Source: an uncultured Gammaproteobacteria bacterium (lineage in GTDB: Bacteria; Pseudomonadota; Gammaproteobacteria; UBA9214). From it: 64,000 bases of DNA. Position numbers and translations under genes: made by a program. Position 1 is the first letter of the stretch, and every line of letters starts with the position of its first letter. Of this stretch, positions 47,075 through 55,450 are shown in pieces. The notes beneath the pieces were generated by a model, which made no database searches, was not told the origin of the DNA, and was given only the letters and a program-made list of their open reading frames with translations. Location of the stretch: positions 128,001 through 192,000 of the forward strand of contig CAVYZN010000008.1 in NCBI GenBank assembly GCA_963773065.1, given 5' to 3'.

Positions 47075-47801
47075 GCGCATCCCGCGTTGCCGACGGCCCG
47101 AACTCCTCGCCCTTGCGCACCGGCCCGTAGGGTGCGTCACGGTGCCGGTCATGATACTGCATGCGGTACTGGATGAAGCGCTCACGGGTGTCGAAGTGCA
47201 GGAAGGGGTTGCCCGCGATCTGCTCCTTAAGGGTGGAGGTCGCCTGTTCCGCGTAATTATGCCCCGGATGGATGAGCGTTGCGGGCGGCAGGTGTTCGGC
47301 CAGATCCTTCAGGGTGACGTACATCCGCTCCGGATCACCGCCGCGCAAATCACAGCGCCCACAGCCGAATACGAACAGCGTGTCCCCGGTGATCAGCTCG
47401 TCGCCGACCCGGTAACAGGCCGAGCCGGGGGTATGCCCCGGCGTGTGCAGGACGTTGACCGGGGTTGCGCCCAGTTCGATGACGTCACCGCCGTGGTGCA
47501 GGGTCGGCAGATCCAGGCCATGGCCCCAGAAACGCGCTTCCTCCTTGAGCAGGTGCAGCCGGGCGTCGTGTTTTTCGAGGACCGCCTCGATGCCGTTGAT
47601 GTGGTCATGATGGCTGTGGGTCAGGAGTATATCGGTAAGGCGCATGCCCTCGCGCTCCGCCAGCGCCAGCACCTGCGGCACATCCCAGGCCGGGTCCACG
47701 ACCGCCGCGCGCCCGCTGGCCTGGTCATGGATCAGATAGATGAAGTTCTCCATGGGTCCCAGTTCCAGGGCATGGAGAGTAAACGGCTGGGTGTGCGCCA
47801 T
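47061..47801 (-). CDS. MBL-fold metallo-hydrolase (glyoxalase II / persulfide dioxygenase-like)
   Basis: THSHHDH, HTPGHTPG, TGDTLFVFGCGRCD, PGHNY. Confidence 0.88.
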   Translation of the reverse strand: MAHTQPFTLHALELGPMENFIYLIHDQASGRAAVVDPAWDVPQVLALAEREGMRLTDILLTHSHHDHINGIEAVLEKHDARLHLLKEEARFWGHGLDLPTLHHGGDVIELGATPVNVLHTPGHTPGSACYRVGDELITGDTLFVFGCGRCDLRGGDPERMYVTLKDLAEHLPPATLIHPGHNYAEQATSTLKEQIAGNPFLHFDTRERFIQYRMQYHDRHRDAPYGPVRKGEEFGPSATRDAHENP

Positions 47802-47927
47802 GGCGTTAGTCCTTGGGTAGCAGGCAACGGCATCCGCTTCTATTATGGTGGATGCACGCCCTCAGGAACAGGGACGCATGGCCTGCCCCGAAGTCACGCT
47901 GGATTCAGGGCAAGCGAGGAAATCCGC

Positions 47928-48522
47928 ATGGCAGTCCACAAGTTGCTACTTGTACCCGGCACAAGTTGACAGTCCGGTTCTTGGCACCGCGGTGCTGGTC
48001 GCGGCGCTGCAATCGATCGGGTTCATCGCCGCGCCGTTACGCCACGACGAGGCAAGCGGCTATCGTGCCGGGGAGTGTTTCCTGCAACTCATCACCTTTC
48101 TTGGCTGTTCCCCGGCCATCGAGATCGAGCCGCCGGCGGACCCGGCCGAACGCGAACGCGCCTGCGCGAGCGGGAACCTCTGCCATGTCCGGCTCGCACC
48201 GGCGGAAAACCGCCTGCGCTTCCGGGCCGAGGCAGGGTTGCCGGCGCCGCGCTGCCCGCGCTGCCGCAAGGCCGAACCCCGCTGGCAGGATCTGATCGAG
48301 CAGTGGCGGAACGATCCGCGGAAGTCCCACTGGATATGCCGCGAATGCGGCTATTGCGGCCGGCTGTTCGACCTCAACTTCCGCAAACGCGGAGCATTTG
48401 GCCATACCTTCATCGAAATCTGGGGCATCCACACGGCCGAGGCCGTACCGGGAGATACCCTGCTCACCGCCCTCGGCGAACTCTCGGGGTGCGACTGGAA
48501 CTATCTGTACCTGCAGGAATGA
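47928..48522 (+). CDS. Hypothetical protein with CxxC..CxxC (probable start MAVHKLLL, apparent frameshift near 47950)
   Basis: FLQLITFLGCSP, CPRC, CRECG; GAGGA RBS before ATG 47928. Confidence 0.65.
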
Positions 48523-48600
48523 GCGTGCTTCCGCGCCGACCCGCGATCTGTGCGACAATAGCGTCACTCCCCTGCAGGCAGACACACCGAGGGCCGTCAC

Positions 48601-48897
48601 ATGGCAGACCAGGAACTCTCCAAAGAAGAACGCATCCTGCGCGTGATGAAGCGCGTACTGACGGATGTCGCCAAGGACACCTACACGCGCCCCGGCTACC
48701 GGCATCCCCTGTCGGATGCCACCGTCCAGGGGATCCGGGATTGCCTCAGTCTCATCACGGCCCGCGAAGCCGAACTGGCGGAAGCGGCGGGCCGCCCCAT
48801 GAACCTGCGCCCGCGCTTCGTCGACGAACCGCAGACCTCGGTGGTCGTCAAGCTCGAGGTCAAGAACCGGAAAGACAAGGACGGCGAAGAGGGCTGA
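48601..48897 (+). CDS. Small helical hypothetical protein
   Basis: Clean 98-aa ORF, host-like codon usage, GAGG RBS. Confidence 0.8.
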   Translation: MADQELSKEERILRVMKRVLTDVAKDTYTRPGYRHPLSDATVQGIRDCLSLITAREAELAEAAGRPMNLRPRFVDEPQTSVVVKLEVKNRKDKDGEEG

Positions 48898-48900
48898 TCA

Positions 48901-49035
48901 CTAGTGTTCATCCATGAACACCATTTTCACCGCAAAGACGCAAAGTTCGCGAAGAAACTTAATTAACAAAAAAATTAAATGGCTTTGGTTCTTTGCGTCT
49001 TTGCGGTGAGTTTTTTCTTTATGGATGGACACTAG
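48901..49035. mobile_element. MITE-like shell (18-bp TIRs ending CTAG) enclosing a second 19-bp perfect inverted repeat
   Basis: ctagtgttcatccatgaa / tttatggatggacactag (16 of 18); inner tcaccgcaaagacgcaaag (48927-48945) / ctttgcgtctttgcggtga (48991-49009). Confidence 0.8.
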
Positions 49036-49107
49036 GATAGTCCCGTTCCCTTTCAGCGAAATTCGCCGCGCCCGATCCAGCCGGCAAGACGCGACTCTGA
49101 CTCAGCC

Positions 49108-50145
49108 GTGAGAAAGATCGTCATTCACAAACCCGGGGGCTATGAGCGCCTGGTCATCGAGGAACACCCGGACCTCTCGCCTGGCCCGGACGAGATCCTG
49201 ATCGCGGTCGAGGCCATCGGCGTCAACTACGCGGACTGCGTGACGCGCATGGGACTCTACGCCTCCGCCCGGCACTACGTCGGCTACCCCATTACCCCCG
49301 GCTTCGAGGTCGCGGGCACGGTGCAGGCCACGGGCGATCGGGTCACCGACCTCGCCCCCGGTACCCCGGTCATGGCGGTGACGCGCTTCAACGGCTACGC
49401 CACCCAGCTTCTCGCCTTGCGCCACCAGGTGTTCACGCGCCCGGAGCGGCTTTCCCCAGAACAGGCGGCCGGTTTTCCGGCGGTTTCCCTGACGGCATGG
49501 TTTGCCCTGTTTGAACTGGCCCACCCGCGTGCGCGGGACACCATTCTGGTCCATTCGGCGGCCGGCGGCGTCGGCGGCATGCTGGTGCAGCTCGGCCGGG
49601 TCGCCGGCTGCCGCGTGGTGGGCGTGGTCGGCGCTCCACACAAGATCGAGGCGGTGCGCGCGCTCGGCGCCGATGCCGTCATCGACAAGTCATCGCAGGA
49701 TCTGTGGCGGGAAGCGGAGCGCCTGGCGCCCGGCGGTTATGACATCATCCTGGACGCCAACGGCGTCTCCACCCTGGGACAAAGCTACCGGCATCTCGCG
49801 CCAATCGGCAGGCTGGTGGTTTACGGGTTCCACTCCATGCTGCCCCGCCACGGCGGGGTGCCCGGCAGACTCCGGCTTGCCTGGAACTACTGGCGCACCC
49901 CGCGCTTCAGCCCGTTCAGCCTGACGACGCGCAACCGCAGCGTGCTCGGTTTCAACCTGAGTTTCCTGTTCGACCGGCAGGAACTCATGGCGCAGGGGCT
50001 GCGGCAACTGCTGCAGTGGCTGGAGGAAGGGAAACTCGCACCACCCCGGGTGACCGTCTATCCCTTCGCGCGGGTGGCGGATGCCCATCGCGACCTGGAA
50101 TCCGGCCAGACCGTGGGCAAGCTGGTGCTGAGCTGCGCCGGGTAA
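49108..50145 (+). CDS. Medium-chain dehydrogenase/reductase, VAT-1/quinone oxidoreductase-like
   Basis: GVNYAD, PGFEVAG, HSAAGGVG, TVGKLVL. Confidence 0.9.
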   Translation: MRKIVIHKPGGYERLVIEEHPDLSPGPDEILIAVEAIGVNYADCVTRMGLYASARHYVGYPITPGFEVAGTVQATGDRVTDLAPGTPVMAVTRFNGYATQLLALRHQVFTRPERLSPEQAAGFPAVSLTAWFALFELAHPRARDTILVHSAAGGVGGMLVQLGRVAGCRVVGVVGAPHKIEAVRALGADAVIDKSSQDLWREAERLAPGGYDIILDANGVSTLGQSYRHLAPIGRLVVYGFHSMLPRHGGVPGRLRLAWNYWRTPRFSPFSLTTRNRSVLGFNLSFLFDRQELMAQGLRQLLQWLEEGKLAPPRVTVYPFARVADAHRDLESGQTVGKLVLSCAG

Positions 50146-50210
50146 CGTGTCCGGTGCCAACCAGGGACTTTACGGAAAAGGGTTTTTAATCTTCCGATAC
50201 ACCACTCACT

Positions 50211-50219
50211 TGTTATAAT
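50211..50219 (+). promoter_or_regulatory. Extended -10 promoter of the three-gene island
   Basis: TGtTATAAT consensus immediately upstream of the first gene. Confidence 0.6.
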
Positions 50220-50231
50220 CACAAGGAATTC

Positions 50232-51080
50232 GTGGTCACCCCCAGAGAAAATAGAGACAAATTCGTGTCGAACGACGCTTCGAGACCAGAACATCTGCCC
50301 GACTTCCGCAATACTCCATTGAATGAGGTTGTGCTCGGCGTCCAGTTCAGCACCCCGAAGGGATACCAACAAATATATGCTGGGGAAGTGTGGAATTTGT
50401 TTCGCGCTGAATTTCCCAAGATCGAGGAACAGCTTCCCCTCGCTCCTGCTTTCGAAACCTTTGGTCTCCCATCGAAGGGTAAGCAACTTGGCTTCATTAC
50501 GGGCGCGTCGCACGATCGATTCTGGTTTCTGAGCCAGGACGGCGATGAGCTGATTCAGTTCCAGCAAGATCGTCTCCTTCACAATTGGCGAAAGGTTGGG
50601 GATCTATCGAACGAATACCCGCGTTTCGAATCCATGATCAATCGCTTCCATGGCGAACTTGAGCAGTTGCAGGGCTATTTGAATGGGCTGGTATCGCAAA
50701 AGTTGGCTATCAACCAGTGTGAAATTTCATACATCAACCACATTGCGCCTACAGCAGGCCAGGACATTAAGGCTTCCGACTGGCTTCGCATCGTAATGTT
50801 TGGCGACAAAGAGCCTGATGATTTCTCCACCAGTTTTCGCGAGGTTATTTACGACGAAGACGGGAAGCCACAGGGGCGACTCACATGCGAGGCCTCGACT
50901 GGAATCAAACCGGATGGTTCGCGAATCATTGTAATGACATTGACGGTTCGCGGAGCGCCCAAGGGTGGTGATATCGAATCAGCGCTTCAGTTTCTGACAA
51001 AAGGGCGCGAATTGATCGTCTGTCGATTCGCGGAATTGACCACAGAGGAAGCTCACAAGACGTGGGGACGAATTAGATGA
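50232..51080 (+). CDS. TIGR04255-family-like protein (start may be GTG 50265)
   Basis: LPDFRNTPLNEVVLGVQF, RFWFLS..LIQFQQDRLLHNWRK, YPRF, EISYINHI, FAELTT..W pattern recalled for this family. Confidence 0.8.
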   Translation: MVTPRENRDKFVSNDASRPEHLPDFRNTPLNEVVLGVQFSTPKGYQQIYAGEVWNLFRAEFPKIEEQLPLAPAFETFGLPSKGKQLGFITGASHDRFWFLSQDGDELIQFQQDRLLHNWRKVGDLSNEYPRFESMINRFHGELEQLQGYLNGLVSQKLAINQCEISYINHIAPTAGQDIKASDWLRIVMFGDKEPDDFSTSFREVIYDEDGKPQGRLTCEASTGIKPDGSRIIVMTLTVRGAPKGGDIESALQFLTKGRELIVCRFAELTTEEAHKTWGRIR

Positions 51081-51562
51081 TCAGAACTCAAAGCAACTCC
51101 GCATTTTCATTGGCGTCTTCCACGAACGTTATCCAACTGCCTGGTTCTCAAGAAAGGATACTCATCAACGAAAACGTGAGTACCTGGGGCGATACCGTTA
51201 AGAAGCGGCTGGAAGAACTTATTCAACTATCGGCTGGTTGGGATGGCTACCAAGGAGTGCACGTGAGTTTCGAAAATGCGAATTTTGCATTTCGCGTGTT
51301 GGATGCAATCTGCGGACTTCAAACTCGCGCGCCGCAAATCGTGCCAGGCGCGGCAGGGGATCTGCAGATCGAGTGGCACACCTTAAATGGCGATATCGAA
51401 TTGCACGTCAGGGCGCCTAATGATGTACATGCTTGGCGCGCAATGACTGGCGGCGATCCGGATGGGGAAGAGTTGGAGTTAACCAACGACTTTGCAGTTA
51501 TCGCCCAGTGGGTAAGAGAAATAACGGAGCCGCCGATTGCCGCTGCAGCAACCGCCGCGTGA
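51077..51562 (+). CDS. Hypothetical protein with L..L..GWDGY and P...G.LQIEW motifs
   Basis: 161-aa ORF, ATGA overlap with the upstream stop. Confidence 0.8.
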   Translation: MIRTQSNSAFSLASSTNVIQLPGSQERILINENVSTWGDTVKKRLEELIQLSAGWDGYQGVHVSFENANFAFRVLDAICGLQTRAPQIVPGAAGDLQIEWHTLNGDIELHVRAPNDVHAWRAMTGGDPDGEELELTNDFAVIAQWVREITEPPIAAAATAA

Positions 51563-51989
51563 TGAGGATGGCAACGTAGTCCCTCACGATCACCAGGGGA
51601 TTCTTCCAGAAGATGGGATTATTAGACGCATTCCCGAGCACCACATAGTGACGGACGAGAAGATTGGAGGCCGGCGGATTTCATCCATGGCCTTTAAGCC
51701 TTCGTCCGGGCCGAATGGTGGCATGTCCGTCGACCTGCAACAACAGATCGAGGAGGCAGGGCTGGACACCAAAACTTACGTCACGACTCCACCATGGATC
51801 GGTTCTATACGATACAAGGCAGGCCAACTTCGGACAGAAGAATTCATGGTGGGATTCGACCCGAAAGACTCGAATCCATATCACGGCGAAGTGTGGGGAA
51901 AATTTACCAAGGCAAAGCAGAACCGACTTCGTCAACTATGCGAGTGGTTTGTACCAATCGATGATGTATCAATTGGTGGCAATGAATGA
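51537..51989 (+). CDS. Hypothetical protein, putative ADP-ribosyltransferase-fold toxin (R-S-H)
   Basis: IIRRI (R30), ISSMAF, GMSVD (S64), NPYH (H116); GGAG RBS and TTG start overlapping the upstream gene; function inferred. Confidence 0.6.
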   Translation: MPLQQPPRDEDGNVVPHDHQGILPEDGIIRRIPEHHIVTDEKIGGRRISSMAFKPSSGPNGGMSVDLQQQIEEAGLDTKTYVTTPPWIGSIRYKAGQLRTEEFMVGFDPKDSNPYHGEVWGKFTKAKQNRLRQLCEWFVPIDDVSIGGNE

Positions 51990-52013
51990 TCGGGGGAAAC
52001 CTCAGAAACCTCA

Positions 52014-52187
52014 GGGGCAGACCACGTTTTTGCGCAGTGAAAAAGGCCGTGCCCGTTGCCATCCCATTGTGTGGATGGGTTGGGAGCAACTGCGCCGCAT
52101 GCGTGTTCGATTAGTACTACCGCTGTCTAGTGAAAAACGTGGTCTGTCCCTGATGCTTCTCCGAATCACAAAACGTGGTCTATCCCC
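52014..52187. repeat. Three REP-like copies of GGGG(A)CAGACCACGTTTT
   Basis: 52014-52031 forward; 52133-52150 and 52170-52187 reverse. Confidence 0.85.
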
Positions 52188-52457
52188 AAATCACAATGTT
52201 CATCCAGCGCCTCGCGCAGCTTGACGAGCAACGGGCGTTTGTCCTCGGCGGCTTTGGCCTTGACGATCAGCGTCACCACCTCGCGGCTCTTGGCGCGCAG
52301 CTCGGAGCCGAGCGTGTATTTGTGGTAGCGGGAGAATCCGGCCACGACCTTCTCGAAGTGCACGGCAATTGCTCCTGCATTGCCCTACCACTACATCCCG
52401 GCGACCGCTACGTCCAGCGCCTGTTTATCGGCAGATGTTCTGTAATTTGGCTGCCAT
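52166..52457 (-). pseudogene. Four-helix-bundle / Avd-like protein, disrupted and 3'-truncated
   Basis: GAGGA RBS plus ATG 52457; pieces EHLPI..QALDVAV, a 39-bp insert, then VHFEKVVAGFSRYHKYTLGSELR..LREALDE ending at a REP copy. Confidence 0.75.
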
Positions 52458-52489
52458 CAGAGTCCTCGCTGGACTCACCCAACTCGCCT

Positions 52490-52853
52490 TCGTTCAGCCC
52501 TTCGCCACCAACCTGCGCGGCTACTACGGCCTTTGCTGACTTCTCGCCTGCGGCGGTCTACTTCACGCGCGCCGCCGGCCCTTTCAGGCCCAAGACGAGA
52601 TCTCCCCAGGTAAGAACCTTGACCTTCCCGGCACAACCGTTGGATCTACCCAGGGCGCCCTTGATGATCAGAGCTTCGCGTTCCCTAGCACGCTCGCCCC
52701 AGCGCTACCAAGCCTCCTATCCGCTGCCTGTTCGTCGGCTCACCGTTTCGCTCCACGCTTCCTCCCCACGGTCGGTCACCCTCCAGCAGTTGCGCTTCGC
52801 TTCGATTGAAATCATCTACTCTCGGGAGGACTTGCCCTCCAAGTCAAGGCCCA
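52490..52853 (-). mobile_element. Group IIC intron 5' fragment (domains I-III; no RT ORF, no DV/DVI)
   Basis: Minus-strand blocks GAAGCGAAGCGCAACTGC, GTGGGGAGGAAGCGTGGAG, TTCTTACCTGGGGAGATCT, GAGAAGTCAGCAAAGGCCGTAGTAG, GGCGAAGGGCTGAAC. Confidence 0.85.
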
Positions 52854-53061
52854 CGGCGTGCTGCCGGCGATCCTCAGCCGGCTTGTCGGCCAGGGTGGTT
52901 GCCGCAGGAATACCGCCACGCATTTCGGTGCCACGGCGCACCCTACGGGTTTGGCGGATTGCCGGTTCGCGGCCATGGCCGCTTCTCCAACACAAAAATC
53001 TTTATTCGAGTCACTGCGCCTCACCGGGGCCGTCTGCACGATACGCTCGAGCGCATCGCCG

Positions 53062-54033
53062 TCAACGGTGAGGGGTGAGCAGTCCGGCGGAGGCCAGGCG
53101 CGGCACCAGGGTACGCCAGTGGTCATCCCGGCGGAATACGGCCGCGAACAGCGGCAAGGCTTCGTTCAGCCGATGGGCATTGGCCAGCGACACGGCGTGC
53201 CAGAACTTCATCTCGAGGTTGTCCGGGGCGAGCCGCTCGGCGCGGCCATACTGCGAGAGCGCCCCGTCCATGTCCTTCTGTTCCAGCGACTGGTCACCGA
53301 GGTTCATCAGGCGGTAGGCCGTATGCAGCGTCAGCAGGCGCCGCAGTTCCTCAAGCGGCGCCGGATTATCCTCGACCTGCAGGTCCACCAGCCGGTCCTC
53401 CCAGGGACGGCCGGTCGCCACCCCGCGCACCACCAGCAGCGCCGCCGACTGCTTGCCCCGAAGATCGCCGCCCACCGCCTGCGCGGCGTCCAGGGCCGAG
53501 AGCATGCGCTCGGCCAGCGTTCCCTTGGCCTGGCGATACGCCGCGGCCATCGCCTGCGGCACGCCCTCGTTGATCATCAGGTTCGCCTGGACGGAAAAGT
53601 CATCGCCCTGCAGATCACCGGCATACGGGATGCAGTGCTTGCCCGTGTAGGCCCCGATATGGCCCTGCGCATCGATCATGGCCACCTGGCGCACCTCGGG
53701 GTTCGGGTCGGCGCGCCGCAGGGCATCCAGGGTACGTTGCGCGCTGAGGCCGGTGCGCATCAGGTCCAGCCCGGCCACCCCATAGCGCACCTCGATGAAC
53801 GACTGGGTGGCCACCGCCCCGACGCCGGCCTCGGCCCAGGGCACCAGCGTGCCCACCGCGAACCAGTGCGACTGCACCGCCACGCCGAGCTGCCCGGTTT
53901 CGGGATCGCGCGCCACGATGGAATAGGTGTGCACCGGTCGCAGCCCGCTCGCGGCGGGGGCGTCTTCCTGCGCACGCGCCTGCCACGGCAGCGCGGCGAG
54001 CAGCACGAGGAACAGCGCTAACAGCCGGTACAT
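53062..54033 (-). CDS. DUF1028 (Ntn-hydrolase-like) exported protein with C-terminal TPR-like region
   Basis: Signal peptide; TYSIVARDP..LGVAVQS, GAVATQS, GGDLRGKQSAAL. Confidence 0.88.
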   Translation of the reverse strand: MYRLLALFLVLLAALPWQARAQEDAPAASGLRPVHTYSIVARDPETGQLGVAVQSHWFAVGTLVPWAEAGVGAVATQSFIEVRYGVAGLDLMRTGLSAQRTLDALRRADPNPEVRQVAMIDAQGHIGAYTGKHCIPYAGDLQGDDFSVQANLMINEGVPQAMAAAYRQAKGTLAERMLSALDAAQAVGGDLRGKQSAALLVVRGVATGRPWEDRLVDLQVEDNPAPLEELRRLLTLHTAYRLMNLGDQSLEQKDMDGALSQYGRAERLAPDNLEMKFWHAVSLANAHRLNEALPLFAAVFRRDDHWRTLVPRLASAGLLTPHR

Positions 54034-54151
54034 GAGTTGTCCTCCTGGTGGATATGGCGCACTATCCGGCGAGGCTGGCCGGCGCTATCCGGGGTCGCCG
54101 GCAACGGCGATCGCCACGGCGTCGTGACGCGTTCTGAACAGGCTGGATGGT

Positions 54152-54736
54152 ATGCGAATCCCTGACCGAATTCTAATGCTTCGGCTGCTGCCGGTGCTGG
54201 CGGCCGGCATCCTCTGGGCCATACCCGCCCTGACGCGCGCGGAAACTCCCGCGGGGCCTTATGTCGAGGCTGACGGCATCGCCATGTACGTGCGCCTGTA
54301 TACCCCGGACCAGATGGCGGCATTCTACGAAGCCCGCGGTTTCCCGCGCGGCGCCATCGAGCGCCTCCGGCAGACCTGTTTCGTGATGGCCCATATCGAG
54401 AACCGGGGGGAGCGGGTCATCTGGCTGGAACTGAAAAACTGGCATTTCCTGTCCGCCAGGGGCGAGATCCGCCGCCTCGACCGCAACTACTGGGATAGCG
54501 TCTGGAATGACATCGGCCTGCCGCAGGCCAGCCGTGCCACCTTCGGGTGGACACAACTGCCCGATGAGCGCGATCTGCAGCCGGGGGAACCGGTGGGCGG
54601 CAACGTGATCCTGCCCGCCACCGATGAGACCTTCACGCTGCAGGCGGATTTTCTGACCGGGAAGGACAAACGTTCGGGCATGATCAGCGTACGCTTCGAG
54701 AACCTGCGGTGCGCGCGGGATCAACCGACGCCATGA
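54152..54736 (+). CDS. Hypothetical exported protein
   Basis: Signal peptide; TPDQMAAFYEARGF; overlaps the next gene. Confidence 0.75.
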   Translation: MRIPDRILMLRLLPVLAAGILWAIPALTRAETPAGPYVEADGIAMYVRLYTPDQMAAFYEARGFPRGAIERLRQTCFVMAHIENRGERVIWLELKNWHFLSARGEIRRLDRNYWDSVWNDIGLPQASRATFGWTQLPDERDLQPGEPVGGNVILPATDETFTLQADFLTGKDKRSGMISVRFENLRCARDQPTP

Positions 54737-55254
54737 AACGCCGGCTGCTCCTGTTAGGGTGCTGCGTGGCGCTGGGCCATCCGGCATGGCCGGCCGCCGC
54801 CGCGGACCTCCCGCCCGGTGTTATGGCCGTGGACGGGCGGCCGGCCCCCGCGCTCAGGCTGAACACGCTCGATGGCGCGGCCTATGATCTGGCCGGGGCG
54901 CGGGGGCATTGGGTCTTCGTGCACTTCTGGGCCACCTGGTGCGGCCCGTGCAAACGCGAGATGCCGGCTATCCAGCGCATGCTCACGGCGCTGCGGGACA
55001 GTCGCCTCGAGATCGTCATGGTGAATACCGCCGAGACCGAGGAGGAGGTATTCACCTTTCTCGCCGCCGTCGCGCCGGATGTGAACCCGTTGCTGGATAC
55101 GCAGGGCCTGGTGACGGAGCACTGGCAGCCACGCGGGCTGCCGGCCACCTTCCTGGTCGACCCGCAGGGGCGCATCCGCTACCAGGCCCTGGGCGGACGG
55201 GATTGGGACACGCCACCTTACCTTGATTTTCTGCGCCGCCTCATCGCCGACTGA
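54733..55254 (+). CDS. TlpA/ResA-like thiol-disulfide reductase
   Basis: Signal peptide; HFWATWCGPC; GLPATFLVD. Confidence 0.92.
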   Translation: MKRRLLLLGCCVALGHPAWPAAAADLPPGVMAVDGRPAPALRLNTLDGAAYDLAGARGHWVFVHFWATWCGPCKREMPAIQRMLTALRDSRLEIVMVNTAETEEEVFTFLAAVAPDVNPLLDTQGLVTEHWQPRGLPATFLVDPQGRIRYQALGGRDWDTPPYLDFLRRLIAD

Positions 55255-55273
55255 GCGGCAACGCCGCGACTCA

Positions 55274-55450
55274 GAGCCTGTGAAAATATCGACGGCCGTA
55301 GCGAGGGCGTCGATTGGCGTGCGAGGCAAGGCGCGCTGCGCGAAAACAAGGGAGTTTGGCGAGCCAAATGACCGAAGTTTTCGCGTGGCGCAACGCCGCC
55401 GCAGCCGCAAAGCGGCGTCCGCAGCAGGCTGGCGATATTTTCACAGGCTC
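55274..55450. mobile_element. 177-bp MITE with IS5-family (IS1031-like) ends
   Basis: Perfect 18-bp TIR gagcctgtgaaaatatcg / cgatattttcacaggctc, TCA duplicated on both sides. Confidence 0.9.

Noticed and set aside
50146-52200. Integron cassette array or prophage
   Set aside because: No integrase, no convincing attC sites and no phage genes; the island has its own promoter.
52166-53060. Functional DGR or active group II intron
   Set aside because: No reverse transcriptase, no TR/VR pair, no intron DV/DVI, and the Avd-like gene is broken.
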